A DNA stretch of 64,000 bases from an uncultured Gemmatimonadaceae bacterium (GTDB lineage Bacteria; Gemmatimonadota; Gemmatimonadetes; Gemmatimonadales; Gemmatimonadaceae). The translations under genes and the position numbers were made by a program. The notes under the pieces are model-generated. The model searched no databases and was not told where the DNA came from. It saw only the letters and a list, made by a program, of their open reading frames with translations. The stretch is taken from NCBI GenBank assembly GCA_963781585.1, contig CAWAGQ010000006.1, forward strand, positions 64,001-128,000, read 5' to 3'. Positions within the stretch are counted from its first letter, which is position 1; every line of letters starts with the position of its first letter. Positions 39,681-49,284 of the stretch are shown here, in pieces.

Positions 39681-40820
39681 ATGATGACGTACGAGGAACT
39701 CGTTCAGCTTCGGCGGCGCACCGATGGAAGGCGCGTGCTGAGTGTCTACCTTCCGGGCCCGGCACATGACCCCGCCCAGCGCGACGAGGCCATGACGCTG
39801 CTGGGAGGTGGGGTGTCGCGCATCAGACAGGCGTTGTCCGACGCACCGCACAACGAACGGGAAGCGTTTCTGGCAGCGACCGAGCACGCGGTCCGCGCTT
39901 TGCAATCGGAAACGCGTCCCAGCGGCCGCGAAGGCATCGTGATCTTCTCCCAGGCCGACGGATTGCGGCACGTCGGGTGGTTGTTCGCGACCGCGCCCGC
40001 GGTTGTGGAGTGGCGTGATGGCATTGTCGTCGCGCCGTATCTTCGTTCTCTGGCGGAAACACGGCCGTCGATCGTTGTCGTCGTGGATTCACGCGCCGCG
40101 CGCGTACTCCGTTTCGAGCAAGGTGCACTGGCGCCGCTCGACACCTTCGCGGTGGAGGTGCGCAGTGCGGAGCCGATGCACATGGGAGAAGCGCCTCGGC
40201 CGGGGTTTCATCACGGTGTGCACGGAGCAACGGGCACTGACGAGGCCATGCGTCGAGAAGCGGCGGCATTCGACCGCATGCTCTCTGAGCTGGCCCATCG
40301 CGTCACGAATCTGACGAGCCAGGACGTTTGGCTGGTGGTGGGCGGCATGCCAGAGAGCGTGCAGCACCTGGTGGCCGCGATGCCCAGGGGGATGAACAGC
40401 AGGTTACAGGTGGTGGGTGGTCTGACGACCACATCCAGTGATGCCGGCATTGCCCGCGCAGCGGCTGGCGCGATCGAGGAACTCGCGCGGCGCCGGGACG
40501 GCGTGCTGGTTGAGCTCGTTCTCGATCGGGCGAGGGCCGGTGGACGTTCGGCCAGCGGATGGCGTGAGACCCGAATTGCCCTCGAGGAACGGGCGGCGAG
40601 CGAGGTCCTGCTCTCGCGACGGCTGCTGGAGCGCTCGCTGGACCGGGCCGAGACCCTGGCGCGGAGAGCCATGGATGGGGGTGCGCGCGTTGACATCGTC
40701 TCCGGCGAGGGTGCGCTGCGCCTCGAGCGCGAGTCCGGCGGCGTCGCTGCCGAGTTGCGCTTTCCGGTGCCGTTCGATGTCCTGGTCACTCGATCGGTGA
40801 GCGCTGTGGTGGAAGGCTGA
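39681..40820 (+). CDS. Bacterial archaeo-eukaryotic release factor family (baeRF/eRF1-like) protein
   Basis: VLSVYL N-terminus, VVVVDSRAARV, LVVGG, C-terminal L7Ae-like GARVDIV...GGVAAELRF; GGGAGG RBS. Confidence 0.78.
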   Translation: MMTYEELVQLRRRTDGRRVLSVYLPGPAHDPAQRDEAMTLLGGGVSRIRQALSDAPHNEREAFLAATEHAVRALQSETRPSGREGIVIFSQADGLRHVGWLFATAPAVVEWRDGIVVAPYLRSLAETRPSIVVVVDSRAARVLRFEQGALAPLDTFAVEVRSAEPMHMGEAPRPGFHHGVHGATGTDEAMRREAAAFDRMLSELAHRVTNLTSQDVWLVVGGMPESVQHLVAAMPRGMNSRLQVVGGLTTTSSDAGIARAAAGAIEELARRRDGVLVELVLDRARAGGRSASGWRETRIALEERAASEVLLSRRLLERSLDRAETLARRAMDGGARVDIVSGEGALRLERESGGVAAELRFPVPFDVLVTRSVSAVVEG

Positions 40821-40951
40821 ACGCGCGTAGGTCTTTCCCGTTCGCCGAATCCGCAATCGCACGGACAGCGCAGTCGGACGAATCGATGCACAATGAGCGA
40901 GCATGGGAGAAGGCATTCGACACAATGCAGGGAAACAGCAGGGAGGGACAC

Positions 40952-41431
40952 ATGGCAAGGCTGACGTTGACGCGGCCGACGCCGCTCTTCCCGAGCGTCG
41001 CTCGCGAAATGGATGAGATGCAGAATCGGCTCCGCAGGTTCTTCGGCGACACCTTTCCGACCGAGAACCTGGGCTCCGCCGAGCCCCTGGTGTGGCTGCC
41101 GGTCGTCGAGATCGCCGAGCTGGACAACGAGCTCGTTCTGACGGCCGAGCTGCCGGGCATGACGAAGGAGAACGTGGATGTCACGTTCGAGGACGATGTG
41201 CTGACGATTCGCGGAGAGAAGAAGGAGGAGCAGGAGGAGAAGAACGGCGAGAAGCGGTATCATCTGTTCGAGCGCACCTACGGGGCGTTCCAGCGCTCGT
41301 TCACCCTCCCCCGGACGATCGACTCCACCAAGATCGCTGCGGCGTTCAAGGACGGCGTGCTGACCGTGCGCATGCCCAAGACGGAACAGGCCAAGATCAA
41401 GGGACGGAAGATCGACATCCTCGCGAAGTAG
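40952..41431 (+). CDS. Hsp20/alpha-crystallin small heat shock protein
   Basis: AELPGM, LTIRGEKK, ERTYGAFQRSFTLP, AAFKDGVLTVRMPK. Confidence 0.95.
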   Translation: MARLTLTRPTPLFPSVAREMDEMQNRLRRFFGDTFPTENLGSAEPLVWLPVVEIAELDNELVLTAELPGMTKENVDVTFEDDVLTIRGEKKEEQEEKNGEKRYHLFERTYGAFQRSFTLPRTIDSTKIAAAFKDGVLTVRMPKTEQAKIKGRKIDILAK

Positions 41432-41490
41432 GTGCGCACCTCTCCGAGGAGAGACGGATGAGGGTCTGAGATCCGCATCCATGCGCACGC

Positions 41491-41529
41491 AGCGGCGGGC
41501 TCGTCCAACGATGCCCGCCGCTTAGTTTC
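41491..41529 (+). terminator. Intrinsic terminator after hsp20
   Basis: AGCGGCGGGC...GCCCGCCGCT stem followed by TAGTTT. Confidence 0.55.
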
Positions 41530-41535
41530 TGCCGG

Positions 41536-42432
41536 ATGCGGATTCGCCACGAGGCCCCGACGACCCCTCTCCTGCCTGACGAGTGGTATCCGGCGGGAAT
41601 CCAGGGAGTGACGGCGCGGATGGTGGAGATGCCTGGCCACGAGCGCGTGCGGCTGGTGGAAGCGGGGCCGCGCACGGGACGGGGAATCCTGCTGCTCCAC
41701 GGGTGGGGGGCGTCCGCCTACAATTTCCGGCACGTGCTTCCCCTGCTGGCTGCGGCGCAGCTGCGAGGAATTGCCCCCGACCTTCGCGGGCATGGGCTCA
41801 CCGACAAGCCGACCCAACCAGCGCTGTACTCGTCCGCGGAAATGGTCCGGTTCGTCCTCGATGTGATGGACGTGCTGGAACTCGGCACGGTGGTGGTCGT
41901 GGGTCAGTCGATGGCCGGAGCGCTGGCGCTCGACGCCATGCTGGCGGCCCGGAGCCGGTTCGCCGGCGCGGTCCTGCTTGCGCCGATCGGACTCACCAGC
42001 ATCCGTCGGGTTTCCGTCGCGCGTCTCCTTCGCGCCGACCGCTGGCTTCGTGGGCCGGTGTCGCGGATGGCCATCGAACTGCTTCTGCGTCGTGTCTATG
42101 GCACGCTTCGCCCTTTCACCGAGCGGGACGTTGACGAGTATTGGGCGCCATCGCAGCAGCCTGGTTACCTGGCCGCGCTGATGGCCCTGGTGACGCGCTT
42201 CGACTGGTCGCCGCGCGTCCCTGAACCGCTCCATTCGATCGGGGCGAGAGTGCAGATCCTGCTTGGCCAGCGCGACAAGCTGATCCCCGCGCTTCGCGCG
42301 TCCGAAGTTGCACGAAGCGCCGAGGTTGCGTCGGTCGAGATCGTCCCCGGCGCCGGGCACCTCCTCGCCGAGGAGGCGCCGGAATGGGTCGTGCAGGCTG
42401 TTGGCAGAGCGCCGCGCCGAGAGACGGCCTAG
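41536..42432 (+). CDS. Alpha/beta hydrolase (Ser nucleophile)
   Basis: LLHGWG, DLRGHGLTD, GQSMAG, GAGHL. Confidence 0.88.
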   Translation: MRIRHEAPTTPLLPDEWYPAGIQGVTARMVEMPGHERVRLVEAGPRTGRGILLLHGWGASAYNFRHVLPLLAAAQLRGIAPDLRGHGLTDKPTQPALYSSAEMVRFVLDVMDVLELGTVVVVGQSMAGALALDAMLAARSRFAGAVLLAPIGLTSIRRVSVARLLRADRWLRGPVSRMAIELLLRRVYGTLRPFTERDVDEYWAPSQQPGYLAALMALVTRFDWSPRVPEPLHSIGARVQILLGQRDKLIPALRASEVARSAEVASVEIVPGAGHLLAEEAPEWVVQAVGRAPRRETA

Positions 42433-43868
42433 CGCGCCACCGTTGTCGCGTTCAATACCGTGACAGGTCCGAGATGCAGGGCTTCGATGTCGCTCCGCAC
42501 TCTGGACAAGTCGCCCACGACGACAACCGTCGCCGCATCCGGCCTCAGATACTCCCGTGCGACACGCTGGACGTCGGCCGCGGTCACCTCGCGCACGCCG
42601 GCCGCGAATCGCGGGATTTCGTCGAGTGTGAGTCCGAAGTCGCCCAACGATGCGATCTGCGAGGCAACTTGCGAGGTGGACTCGAGTCCCGTCGGCAGGC
42701 GAAGCTGGACATAAGCTTTGGCGCGGGCCAGCTCGTCCTCGGGCACCGGCACATCGCGAACCGCCCGGAGCTCCTTGAAGAACTCCACCAGGGAACTGTC
42801 GGTAACATTCGTCCGTACCGATGCCGACGCGGTGAAGGGACCGGGCACCACCCGGTATGCAAATCGCGAATTGGCGCCGTAGGTGAAACCCCTCTTCTCG
42901 CGCAGGTTCATGTTCAGGCGCGACGTGAACGCGCCCCCGAGCAGCGAGTTCATCACCGTGAGGGCTGCGTAATCGGGGGAACGGCGATCCGCACCGGTCC
43001 ATCCGATGATGATCACGCTCTGAGCGGCGTCGGGCTTGTCAACCAGAAGGACGTGCGTCGACGAACCGGGCGGGACGGCTGGCACTGGCGCCGGTGGCGC
43101 GGCCGCACCACGGGCGCGCCAGTCCGCGAAACGCGCCTCGATTAGGGACCGTGCCTTCGCCTCCGTGATATCGCCCACGACGATCATCCGTGCGTGATCC
43201 GGGCGCATGACGCGGGCATAGAACTGCTCGACGCGCGCTGAATCGAACGAAGCCACGGAGGCGCTGTCGCCCTGCGTACTCTGGTGATACGGATGGTCCG
43301 CGGGATAGAGCGTCTGGTTGAACGCGAGATCGGCCAGCGCATTCGGCGAGTCGCGTTGCTGAAGCAGGCCCGTCAGGCGCAGGGCGCGCTGTCGTTCCAC
43401 TTCGGCAGCCTGGAAGGTGGGTCGCAGGACCACATCCCCCATGAGATCCAGCGCGGCTTCCAGCGAGCGCGCCGGCACCTTGAGGCTGATGGTGAAATCG
43501 TCCCAGTCCGCTCCCGTAAAGAAGCTGGCGCCCAGGAAGGCGAATTCGCTCTGCAGGGTCGCTGCATCTCGCGTCCCCGCTCCCTGCCGCATCATGTTGG
43601 CGGTGAATGAGGCGAGGCCTGGGGCATCGCCATCGAGTCGTGATCCCCCCTGCACGACGAGGAGAACCTGTACCAGCGGCAGTTCGTGTTGTTCTACGAC
43701 TTCGAGCTGCAGTCCGCTCGGCATGGTCCGGGTTCGCACCGTCGGCACGGCGAGCCGCGGAGGTGGTGGCAGGACCGGTGGAGTCGGATGCGCGGAAGCC
43801 TGGGCGCGCAGGAGGGTGGGCGCGAGCACGACTGCGGTGACGAGTTGCGGGCGGAATCGCATGGTCAC
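42429..43868 (-). CDS. M16 (insulinase/pitrilysin) family protein, inactive partner subunit
   Basis: HELPLV, PGLASFTANMM (no HxxEH), LGGAFTSRLNMNLREKRGFTYG; GTGA overlap with the upstream M16 gene. Confidence 0.88.
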   Translation of the reverse strand: MTMRFRPQLVTAVVLAPTLLRAQASAHPTPPVLPPPPRLAVPTVRTRTMPSGLQLEVVEQHELPLVQVLLVVQGGSRLDGDAPGLASFTANMMRQGAGTRDAATLQSEFAFLGASFFTGADWDDFTISLKVPARSLEAALDLMGDVVLRPTFQAAEVERQRALRLTGLLQQRDSPNALADLAFNQTLYPADHPYHQSTQGDSASVASFDSARVEQFYARVMRPDHARMIVVGDITEAKARSLIEARFADWRARGAAAPPAPVPAVPPGSSTHVLLVDKPDAAQSVIIIGWTGADRRSPDYAALTVMNSLLGGAFTSRLNMNLREKRGFTYGANSRFAYRVVPGPFTASASVRTNVTDSSLVEFFKELRAVRDVPVPEDELARAKAYVQLRLPTGLESTSQVASQIASLGDFGLTLDEIPRFAAGVREVTAADVQRVAREYLRPDAATVVVVGDLSRVRSDIEALHLGPVTVLNATTVAR

Positions 43869-45229
43869 TGGATGGTCCCCCGGGTTGCCGCCAGGTCCCG
43901 CTTTCCAAGCGGCACAATGCTGAGCGTGACTCGCGGTTTGAGCAGGTAGGTCTGCACGACGCGCTTCACGTCGGCGGCGGAAACGGCCCGCAGCCGGTCG
44001 AGCTCCGCCTGAAATCCGTCGGGCTTGCCGGTGAAGTAGTAATAGGCGTTGAGCTGCTCCGCCTTTCCGTTCACCGACTCCAGGCGATTGAGAAACGATG
44101 CTTCCCTCGAGTTCTTCGCCTGCTCGAGTTCGCGCGAGGTTGGTCCGTCGTCGGCGAGTCTGCGAAGCTCGCGATCGATCGCAGTGCGGAGGGAATCGAG
44201 CACCTGACCAGGGCGCGCTGTGGCGATGACATAGAAGTCGCCGTCGAGCCGTTTGGAGTCGTTCCCGGCAACAACGTCGCGCGCGATTTCCCGCTGATAG
44301 ACGAGGCTGTTCGTGAGGCGCGAATTCCGGGCTCCGGTGAGAAGATACTCCACGATGTCGAGCGCGGGGTCGTCCTCGCTGTATGCCCTGATGGTGTGCC
44401 ACGCCAAATAGATGCGCGGAAGCTGCACGCGGTCCTCGGCCACGATGTTCGTGTCGCGCAGGGCGAACGGAGCGGGAGCGGGGCGCGTGATTGCCGGGCC
44501 TCGCGGGATACCGGAGAAGTACGCCGTCACCAGACGTCGCACCGAATCGGCCCTGACGTCGCCCGAGACAACGATGGACGCGTCGTTCGGCGCATAGTAC
44601 CGGCGGAAGAACGCCTTCACGTCGTCCAACGATGCCGCGGAAAGATCGGTCATCGAGCCGATCGCCGGCCACGAGTACGGATGGTCCTTCGGGTAGATGG
44701 CTCCGGGGAGTATGTCCGTGTCAACTCCATACGGGGCGTTGTCCACACGTTGCCGTCGCTCGTTCTTCACCACGTCGCGCTGGAGGTCGACCTTCGGTGC
44801 GTCCATCGTCGAGAGCAGCCAGCCCATCCGGTCAGCTTCGAGCCAGAGCATCATCGCCAGCGCGCTCGACGGCCCCCATTCGTAGTACGAGGTCCGATCC
44901 TCACTTGTGGTGCCGTTGTTGCTCGCGCCCGCCGCCTCCAGCAACCGATCGAACTGGGGATATGGCGCGTGCTCGGAACCCATGAACATGAGGTGTTCGA
45001 ACAAGTGCGCGAACCCGGTGCGCCCCGGTTTCTCATCACCCGATCCCACGTGGAACCACACGTTCGTCGCCACCATCGGGACCGAGTGGTCCTCGTTCAC
45101 GATCAACGTGAGTCCGTTGGGAAGCGTGTCGACGGTCACCGGCACGCGAATGCGGGTTCCCTGCGCCCCGGCGAGCGATGCAACGAGAGCGAGCAGCATC
45201 CCGCTTGAGACTGTCGTGCGAACGTTCAT
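43865..45229 (-). CDS. M16 (insulinase/pitrilysin) family zinc peptidase, active subunit
   Basis: Signal peptide; GFAHLFEHLMF (HxxEH), VVKNERR, YYAPNDA. Confidence 0.92.
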   Translation of the reverse strand: MNVRTTVSSGMLLALVASLAGAQGTRIRVPVTVDTLPNGLTLIVNEDHSVPMVATNVWFHVGSGDEKPGRTGFAHLFEHLMFMGSEHAPYPQFDRLLEAAGASNNGTTSEDRTSYYEWGPSSALAMMLWLEADRMGWLLSTMDAPKVDLQRDVVKNERRQRVDNAPYGVDTDILPGAIYPKDHPYSWPAIGSMTDLSAASLDDVKAFFRRYYAPNDASIVVSGDVRADSVRRLVTAYFSGIPRGPAITRPAPAPFALRDTNIVAEDRVQLPRIYLAWHTIRAYSEDDPALDIVEYLLTGARNSRLTNSLVYQREIARDVVAGNDSKRLDGDFYVIATARPGQVLDSLRTAIDRELRRLADDGPTSRELEQAKNSREASFLNRLESVNGKAEQLNAYYYFTGKPDGFQAELDRLRAVSAADVKRVVQTYLLKPRVTLSIVPLGKRDLAATRGTIQ

Positions 45230-45407
45230 CGCGTTTCCTCACATGGACGGTCGGGTACCTGTGTCAGGCGCTCCCGGAAAATGGTACGTCGGGCCGGGAA
45301 GTGCCGGAACCCGCGCCCGCCGCCCAAGGGACGAACCCATTACGTTTCGTCAATGTATTCGTGCGTGACGTCATCACGCCGGAAGTCGTGACGCTTTCCC
45401 GAACCGC

Positions 45408-46616
45408 ATGAACGTACTCGAAACGCCTACATCTGGTTTCCTTTCTACCGCCGTCGATGAGGCTGGTACCGAAGCGCCGTCCTTTTCGTTCGATGACCTC
45501 GGCTTGGGCCCGGAGCTGTTGCGGGCCGTGCGTGATGCCGGCTACACGGAGCCGACCCCGATCCAGCGCGACGCCATCCCGCTCGTGATGGCCGGACGGG
45601 ACGTCATTGGCCTGGCACAAACGGGTACTGGAAAGACCGCGGCCTTCACGCTCCCGATAGCCCAACGCCTTTCGCGTGGACCGAGCCGCATACGGACGCT
45701 GGTTCTCACGCCGACGCGGGAACTTTGTCAACAAGTGGAGCGGAGCTTCAAGGCCTACGCCAGCCATACCAATCTGCGCATCTCTTCCATATATGGCGGG
45801 GTTCCCATGGGTCCGCAGGAACGCGCCCTGCAGGCGGGTCTGGATGTGGTCGTTGCCACGCCGGGACGCCTGATCGACCATATCGAGCGACGCAACGTGT
45901 CACTGGAGTACCTCGAGATCCTGGTGCTGGACGAAGCCGATCGGATGCTCGACATGGGCTTTGCTCCGCAGATCAACCGGATTGTGGCGGCCATTCCTCC
46001 GTATCGTCAAACCCTGCTGTTCAGTGCGACCATGCCTCCCGAAGTGGAGGTGCTCGCCAGAAAGTACATGCGTCGGCCGGTTGTGGTGCAGGTAGGACGC
46101 CGATCCATGGCGGCCACCACCGTGAGCCATGCGGTGTACCCCGTGCGGCGTGACCGGAAGAGCGACCTCCTTGTCGAATTGCTCAACAAGCCGGAGATGG
46201 ACGCCGTCCTGGTATTCACGCGAACGAAGATCGGCGCCGACCGGGTAGTCAGACACCTTCACCGCGCCGGGGTCGAGGCGACCGCGTTGCATGCAGACAA
46301 GCGGCAGGCGGAACGCGACCGGGCGCTTGACGATTTCAAGCAGGGTCGGATCCGTGTTCTGGTGGCGACCGACATCGCGCAGCGCGGCCTGGATATCAGC
46401 GGCATCTCGCACGTGATCAACTACGACGTGCCACAGCAGGTCGAAGACTACGTACATCGGATTGGCCGCACCGGGCGAGCTGCCCAGACCGGTGATGCCT
46501 ATACCTTCATGGCACCGGACGAGATCGCCATGGTACGACTGATCGAGCGGGTGATCGGCCAGGAGATCGAGCGCGTTTCGGTTCCGGGGTTCGATTTCGG
46601 GACCATCGCCGAATAG
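45408..46616 (+). CDS. DEAD-box RNA helicase (RhlE-like)
   Basis: Q motif PTPIQ, AQTGTGKT, PTREL, DEAD, SAT, HRIGRTGR. Confidence 0.95.
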   Translation: MNVLETPTSGFLSTAVDEAGTEAPSFSFDDLGLGPELLRAVRDAGYTEPTPIQRDAIPLVMAGRDVIGLAQTGTGKTAAFTLPIAQRLSRGPSRIRTLVLTPTRELCQQVERSFKAYASHTNLRISSIYGGVPMGPQERALQAGLDVVVATPGRLIDHIERRNVSLEYLEILVLDEADRMLDMGFAPQINRIVAAIPPYRQTLLFSATMPPEVEVLARKYMRRPVVVQVGRRSMAATTVSHAVYPVRRDRKSDLLVELLNKPEMDAVLVFTRTKIGADRVVRHLHRAGVEATALHADKRQAERDRALDDFKQGRIRVLVATDIAQRGLDISGISHVINYDVPQQVEDYVHRIGRTGRAAQTGDAYTFMAPDEIAMVRLIERVIGQEIERVSVPGFDFGTIAE

Positions 46617-46704
46617 TCGAACCCGGGTCGCTCGCGGTCGGACTGTCGTGGCGCGGTTGTCTGGTTGGTCTGTCGCGCCGCCGTCATTGCCTGACGGCAC
46701 GATG

Positions 46705-47124
46705 CTATCGACGGACGCGCCCCAGTCTGGACACCGTGATGGTGTCGGCGGCTCCTCCCTTTGACACGATCAGTCGAGTGTTGGCCGCTCCAAATCCCAT
46801 GCCATTGGGAGCGTACGCGATGGAGTCGCGCGTTGCGGCGAGGCGCACGCCATGCACGACACCCAGCGGCCGGCGCGCTATGGTGTCCGGCCCCGCGAAC
46901 ACCGTGAGGGTGGCGGTGGTCGAGTCGGCGGTGACGGCGGTAGTGAGTCCGCGACGGATGGCGGCATGCCGCGCGGTCGAGAGCAACGCCACGACCGATG
47001 CCGCGGCCGCGTCAGTGGCAACGCGGTCGCGGAGGGCGGCGAACCGCGGCACAGCGATGACGGTCATGAGGCCGATCACCGAGAGTGCCACTCCAAGCTC
47101 TAGCAATGTTGTACCGCGTCGCAT
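46705..47124 (-). CDS. GspH/FimT family pseudopilin
   Basis: MRRG|TTLLELGVALSVIGLMTVIAVP prepilin cleavage motif; ARHAAI; ITVSRLGRVR. Confidence 0.82.
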   Translation of the reverse strand: MRRGTTLLELGVALSVIGLMTVIAVPRFAALRDRVATDAAAASVVALLSTARHAAIRRGLTTAVTADSTTATLTVFAGPDTIARRPLGVVHGVRLAATRDSIAYAPNGMGFGAANTRLIVSKGGAADTITVSRLGRVRR

Positions 47125-47322
47125 GATGTCGCTCCGAGGGGGGCGGCCAAGATGCCACGGCTGGCCGCCGCGAGCGACATCATCAAAGCGCACGCGGTAC
47201 CTTGAGCACGCAAGGCTGACGCCCTCCCGTAGGGCGGGCTCCCGCCGGGCACGCCTGGCGGGTATCCTCTGAAGGGGCCGAAGGCGAAAGGCCCTGGTTC
47301 GACGTCGCCAACACACCCCATC

Positions 47323-47559
47323 ATGCGCATACGTCCGGCAGTTCCGCTCCTCGTACTCGTGGCGTGGTCGTGCCTGCCCTCGAAACAGGACGTGGACTCG
47401 GCGCAGGCGATCATCGAAATCGGTGACGCACTGAACGACATACGGCAGACTCAGTCAGACCTCCAGGAGCAGATCGACTCGCTGCGTGTCGAGGTCGCAA
47501 AGCGCGATTCTGTTGTCCGGCAGTTGGCGAACCTGGCGGGTGTGGTAATACCACCCTGA
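47323..47559 (+). CDS. Small coiled-coil lipoprotein-like protein
   Basis: Signal peptide with AWSC; LQEQIDSLRVEVAKRDS coiled coil. Confidence 0.65.
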   Translation: MRIRPAVPLLVLVAWSCLPSKQDVDSAQAIIEIGDALNDIRQTQSDLQEQIDSLRVEVAKRDSVVRQLANLAGVVIPP

Positions 47560-47606
47560 GAAATAGGTTTCTCTCGACAGGTGTTCACCTTCGTCAACGC
47601 GTGGCC

Positions 47607-47843
47607 ATGCACATAACCATCCGCTATTGCGTCGTCTGACACTACGAACCACGGGCCACCAGTTTGGCGGCCGAGATTCGCGAACGGTATCCCGACGCCA
47701 GGGTCGATCTGTTCGAAGGAAGTGGCGGTGTCTTCGAGGTGACCCGCGACGGCGTGCTGATCTTCTCGAAACGGGAACTGCGTCGTCACGCGGTCCCCGG
47801 CGAGGTGATGGCGCTCCTGGCTTCGGGCGGCTCGGCGAATTGA
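47607..47843 (+). CDS. SelT/SelW/SelH (Rdx) family selenoprotein, CxxU, with UGA at 47637-47639 read as Sec
   Basis: MHITIRYCVV(U)HYEPRATSLAAEIRERYPDARVDLFEGSGGVFEVTRDGVLIFSKRELRRHAVPGEVMALL...; the IxYCxxU and GGxFEV...IFSK Rdx motifs flank the in-frame TGA. Confidence 0.9.
47654..47672 (+). promoter_or_regulatory. Bacterial SECIS-like hairpin
   Basis: GGCC-A-CCA[GTT]TGG-C-GGCC begins 14 nt after the UGA, with G in the apical loop. Confidence 0.6.
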
Positions 47844-47922
47844 CGCGACGCGGCGCCGGGTTCAGAGCGGATCTGCCTCGCGCGGGGCGCCCGCCGCACA
47901 TGGTCCGAAGGATCTGAGTCCG

Positions 47923-49002
47923 ATGCGTATCGCGATCTCGACCGGCGGCGGCGACGCGCCCGGACTCAACGCGGTGATTCGCGCGGCCGCCCTCTCTGCC
48001 ATCAGCCGCGGCTGGGAGGTCCTCGGGATCTGTCGCGGATACTACGGCCTCCTGGGCGAGGACGAGATCATACCGCTGACGCGCGAACGGGTGCGTGGCA
48101 TCGCGCATCTCGGCGGTACCATCCTCCGAACGACCAATCGTGGCAACCCGTTCCTCTTTCCCGTCCGACAGGCCGATGGCACGCATCGATCGGTCGACCG
48201 CTCGGACGACATCCTCAGCAACGCACGCGGGCTCGGTATCGAGGCGCTGATCTCCATTGGTGGGGATGGATCGTTGGCGATTGCGCAGCGGCTTTTCGAA
48301 AAGGGGATGCACGTGGTTGGCGTGCCCAAGACGATCGATAACGACGTGAGCGGTACGATCACGACTTTCGGATTCGACACCGCGGTCAACACCGCGATCG
48401 AAGCGATCGACAAGCTTCACACCACCGCCGAGAGTCACGACCGCGTGATCGTGATGGAGGTCATGGGTCGGAATGCGGGATTCATCGCGTTGCACGCGGG
48501 TGTGGCGGGAACGGCGGACGTCATCCTCATTCCCGAGATCCCCTATCAGATAGAGAGTGTCTGCGACAAGATCTGGTCCCGGGATCGCAGTGGACGGCAC
48601 TTTTCGATCGTGGTTGTAGCAGAGGGAGCCTTCCCGGTGGGCGGGCAGGCGGCCCTTGTGGGAGACGAGGTGCCCGGAGAGGAGCGCCGCGTGGGAGGTA
48701 TCGCGGGCCGCATTGCGTGGGAGATTCAGGAACGAACCGGGAAGGAGGCGCGTTCGCTGGTCCTGGGCCACCTGCAGCGCGGTGGACCGCCCACGGGTTA
48801 CGATCGGTTGCTGGCCACCCGCTTCGGTGGTGCGGCGGTGGAGGCGGTCGAACTGGAGCAGTGGGGGTTCATGGTGGCACTGCAGTCGCCACATATCGTC
48901 GCCATTCCCATCGCGGAGGCGATTCGCGAGCCGAAACGCGTGGATCCGCAGCACGATGTGGTGCGCACCGCTCGGGCGACGGGGATCTCGTTTGGCGACT
49001 GA
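47923..49002 (+). CDS. pfkA: 6-phosphofructokinase (ATP-type GGDG motif)
   Basis: TGGGDAPGLN, GGTIL, IGGDGS, PKTIDND, EVMGR, LGHLQRGG. Confidence 0.93.
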   Translation: MRIAISTGGGDAPGLNAVIRAAALSAISRGWEVLGICRGYYGLLGEDEIIPLTRERVRGIAHLGGTILRTTNRGNPFLFPVRQADGTHRSVDRSDDILSNARGLGIEALISIGGDGSLAIAQRLFEKGMHVVGVPKTIDNDVSGTITTFGFDTAVNTAIEAIDKLHTTAESHDRVIVMEVMGRNAGFIALHAGVAGTADVILIPEIPYQIESVCDKIWSRDRSGRHFSIVVVAEGAFPVGGQAALVGDEVPGEERRVGGIAGRIAWEIQERTGKEARSLVLGHLQRGGPPTGYDRLLATRFGGAAVEAVELEQWGFMVALQSPHIVAIPIAEAIREPKRVDPQHDVVRTARATGISFGD

Positions 49003-49079
49003 GGACCCTCGTCGCGGCTGTGTCGGGTTCCCGGGACGCGGAGCGAGGACCCCAGCCCGAGAGCCGGTGTACAGCCGAA

Positions 49080-49155
49080 CGAGCCCGAGGACGGGTGTCC
49101 TGCTTGACCGATCGCACTGTCCCCCGGTGCGGACGTCCTCGGGCTCGACCTTTTT
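49080..49155 (+). terminator. Long-stem hairpin with U-tract (terminator or small structured RNA)
   Basis: 14-bp perfect inverted repeat CGAGCCCGAGGACG/CGTCCTCGGGCTCG enclosing 40 nt, followed by CCTTTTT. Confidence 0.5.
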
Positions 49156-49284
49156 CCCCGCCTGTCTGGAAGTAACTGCCGCCACTATGTTTGCAGCGCG
49201 ACGGCCGGGGATCAGGGATCGGCACCGATCGTGCGGAACCAGAAGCGCCGGTATTCTCAGTCGATGGGTCGCTGGAGCAAGCCG

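Noticed and set aside
42429..44672. 747-aa M16 ORF and similar N-terminally extended ORFs (669-1733, 1466-3703, 53057-54328, 55959-57983)
   Set aside because: The extensions overlap real neighbouring genes in other frames; this is a high-GC open-frame artefact, and the true starts lie downstream
46705..47124. Pilus or secretion system locus
   Set aside because: Only a lone pseudopilin; no other pil/gsp genes nearby
47451..47917. ORF-track entries 47451-47789 (-), 47455-49293 (-) and 47627-47917 (+)
   Set aside because: Shadow frames of the selenoprotein gene and pfkA
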